A stretch of DNA of 63,153 nt, counting the filler, from Hyphochytrium catenoides (taxonomy: Eukaryota > Protista > Hyphochytriomycota), in NCBI GenBank assembly GCA_900088475.1. It is 13 parts of 13 records of this genome, joined end to end, with 100 filler letters (N's around TTAATTAATTAA, not from the genome) between each part and the next. Parts side by side here need not be neighbours in the genome. Positions count along the whole stretch, not along the records: positions 60,266 to 63,153 come from FLMG01003955.1; 12 more parts are not named here. The stretch is one strand, 5' to 3'. Position numbers and translations under genes: made by a program. Below, one piece after another: positions 61,390 to 63,153 of the stretch. The notes under the pieces are model-generated. The model saw only the letters and a list, made by a program, of their open reading frames with translations. It was not told the DNA's origin and made no database searches. Numbering within the stretch: position 1 is the stretch's first letter; each line of letters begins with the position of its first letter.

Positions 61390-62891
61390 AAGAACAGGGT
61401 AGAGAAAACCGGAGAGCGGTGCAGGAGCTTGTGAGCCACCTGGCGTTGGCCTTTTTAAGGATCTTTGTCCCTGCGCTGAGCTTCTCTTCGATCTCCCGCA
61501 AAACGAAGTCCAGTCGCCTCATCACCACCCTGCACCAATAAGAAAAAGTGGAAGAGGGGCAAACGAGAAATTGATGGGGCAGAGAAGCCATCGAGGCTAG
61601 TTTGTCACTATGATACATATAGAATGAAGAACGAGAAAAGAGAGAGTGATAGGGAGAAGGGAGAGAGACCGAGACGAAGGGAAGGCGGAGTACTCAGGAA
61701 TGGCAGGTGTGAATCACAAAGAGCAGCAGCAGTGAGGAAGTACATAGACATGAAGGGTCAGATCAAGAGCAGTAGAACGAGAAAGGCAAACGAAGGGCGC
61801 TTATTACGAAGACGAGGAGGAAGAAGAGAGACAGAGGGAGAGACAGATGGGAGCACTCGAACAGAGATAGCAGGTAAGAAAGAAGTAGAAGGTTATAGGA
61901 CACCCCGCGAAACATGAGCTTTCCAGCCTTTAGGAGCCTGTCCATGGTCCCTACCTAACCTTGGAGCTGGGCGTAGAGGGGTCCAAAGCCACCGGAAGAG
62001 TTAGGCTGGCGAAAGAAGGTTTGGGGGCAGACAAGCGCGAGGACATTAGGGAAGAGGAGGAGAAGGACATAGCACTGACAAGCAACTACTGCTTCATCGT
62101 GAAATGAGTAAGAGAAACACCAACCGAAGAGAGGAAGACATGGTTTAGAGGCAAAGACTGTGCGGTGTACATCCTGAAGAAAGAAGCTGAATGAAAGGAT
62201 AGTGCTGGGGAAGAATCACAAAGCCTTGAGAGCCGGACTCGGTTTCGTAAAAATTGCTTAGACACCTTATCAAAGGGTCTTCCTCCTCTACTCTGTAAGG
62301 CTTGACCAGGAAAAGACCGTTGGGAAGGTGGACCTGCGCCTGGTCTGACCTTCGCAGCACCGTGTGACGGACGCTGAATGCCTCAATAACACCCTCGTGA
62401 CCAGCCATTGCTATACAGAGAGAGACATTAAACAGAGCGAAGGTTAGAACAAGAGAGGCAACGGAAGCAGCGTTGGAGCGGAGGAAGGAAAGGTGAAGGA
62501 GGATGGGGAGTTTATTGGAACACTGAACGGAGGAGGAAGAGAGAGGTGAAAGACAGAGAGAGAGAGAGAGAGAGAGAGAGTCGCAGACAGAATGAGCAAT
62601 GTACCTAAGATGGCTCCCTCTCTGATAGAGCTGGAGAAGAAGAGGACAAAGCCTCCAAAATTGTTGCACAAGAAGCCTCGCGCACCTAGAGTCAGACCTG
62701 AAGAATGTGTTAAGGAGAAGGAAAGCACGGGACGGAGGTGTGAAGAGATAAGAAAAGATCATCACCTTTCGGGAAGAACAAGCAAAAGGCGTTGAGTCTC
62801 CCTCCTCTCTTCTCTTCCTCTACCTATTTGCTTTACATCTCCCTAGGTAGCTCCGCTCTTTCGCATTTCTCCTTGCGCCGCCGAAACCCAG

Positions 62892-62929
<38 letters not shown>

Positions 62930-63153
62930 CTGCCACGCTATGGCTCTCTATTATCCTTCTCTCGTGTCTCACCTCCAAATATCCCTATGATCAGCATTGT
63001 GATGTTCGGGGGCACGCCCAGGTGCACACAGATGAGCGAATAGCCGATGATGAGAATCAGAATAGCGGCGAGGAAGTAGACGAGCTCCGTCACGGCGTTT
63101 TTTTGGACAAACATTGGACGGCCCTCGCGATGATCCCACCGCTTCTCCTCCAG
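60400..63153 (-). CDS. Unidentified multi-exon gene, probably a membrane protein
   Basis: Coding-like exons bounded by GT-AG (ELVYFLAAILILIIGYSLICVHLGVPPNITMLIIGIFG; AGHEGVIEAFSVRH...; MDLPFRLWYDVEGPHRF...). Introns are TC-rich on the minus strand. No family recognised. Confidence 0.45.

Noticed and set aside
1-63153. Prokaryotic defence island, CRISPR array or giant-virus insertion
   Set aside because: No repeat-spacer array, operons or viral hallmark genes were seen. All recognised cellular genes carry spliceosomal introns.

Overview
Eukaryotic (protist-like, possibly stramenopile; the lineage is inferred, not shown) draft-genome window. About 13 unrelated contigs are joined by artificial N-flanked TTAATTAATTAA linkers, so adjacency across a linker means nothing. 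Genes are intron-rich, and many introns are filled with (TC)n microsatellites on the sense strand. Recognisable genes: CDKAL1 (3' end), molybdenum-cofactor sulfurase, ICT1-type peptidyl-tRNA hydrolase, organellar seryl-tRNA synthetase, a hamartin/TSC1 homolog, CPPED1, a SWEET transporter and a mitochondrial SAM carrier. About 17-26 kb is a nested cluster of decayed Ty1/Copia elements. It includes a 255-bp solo-LTR-like family (5-bp TSD in one copy) that carries an internal tRNA-like Pol III unit. About 33-37 kb is a decayed Sola3-like DNA transposon. The best candidate for a new system is an intron-split gene (about 49.4-54.5 kb, minus strand) that fuses a RelA/SpoT-like alarmone-synthetase nucleotidyltransferase domain to a long TPR array. 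A small secreted 8-Cys propeptide and a protein with a polybasic tail also merit follow-up. All exon models were built by eye and all homology calls come from motif recognition; no searches were run.
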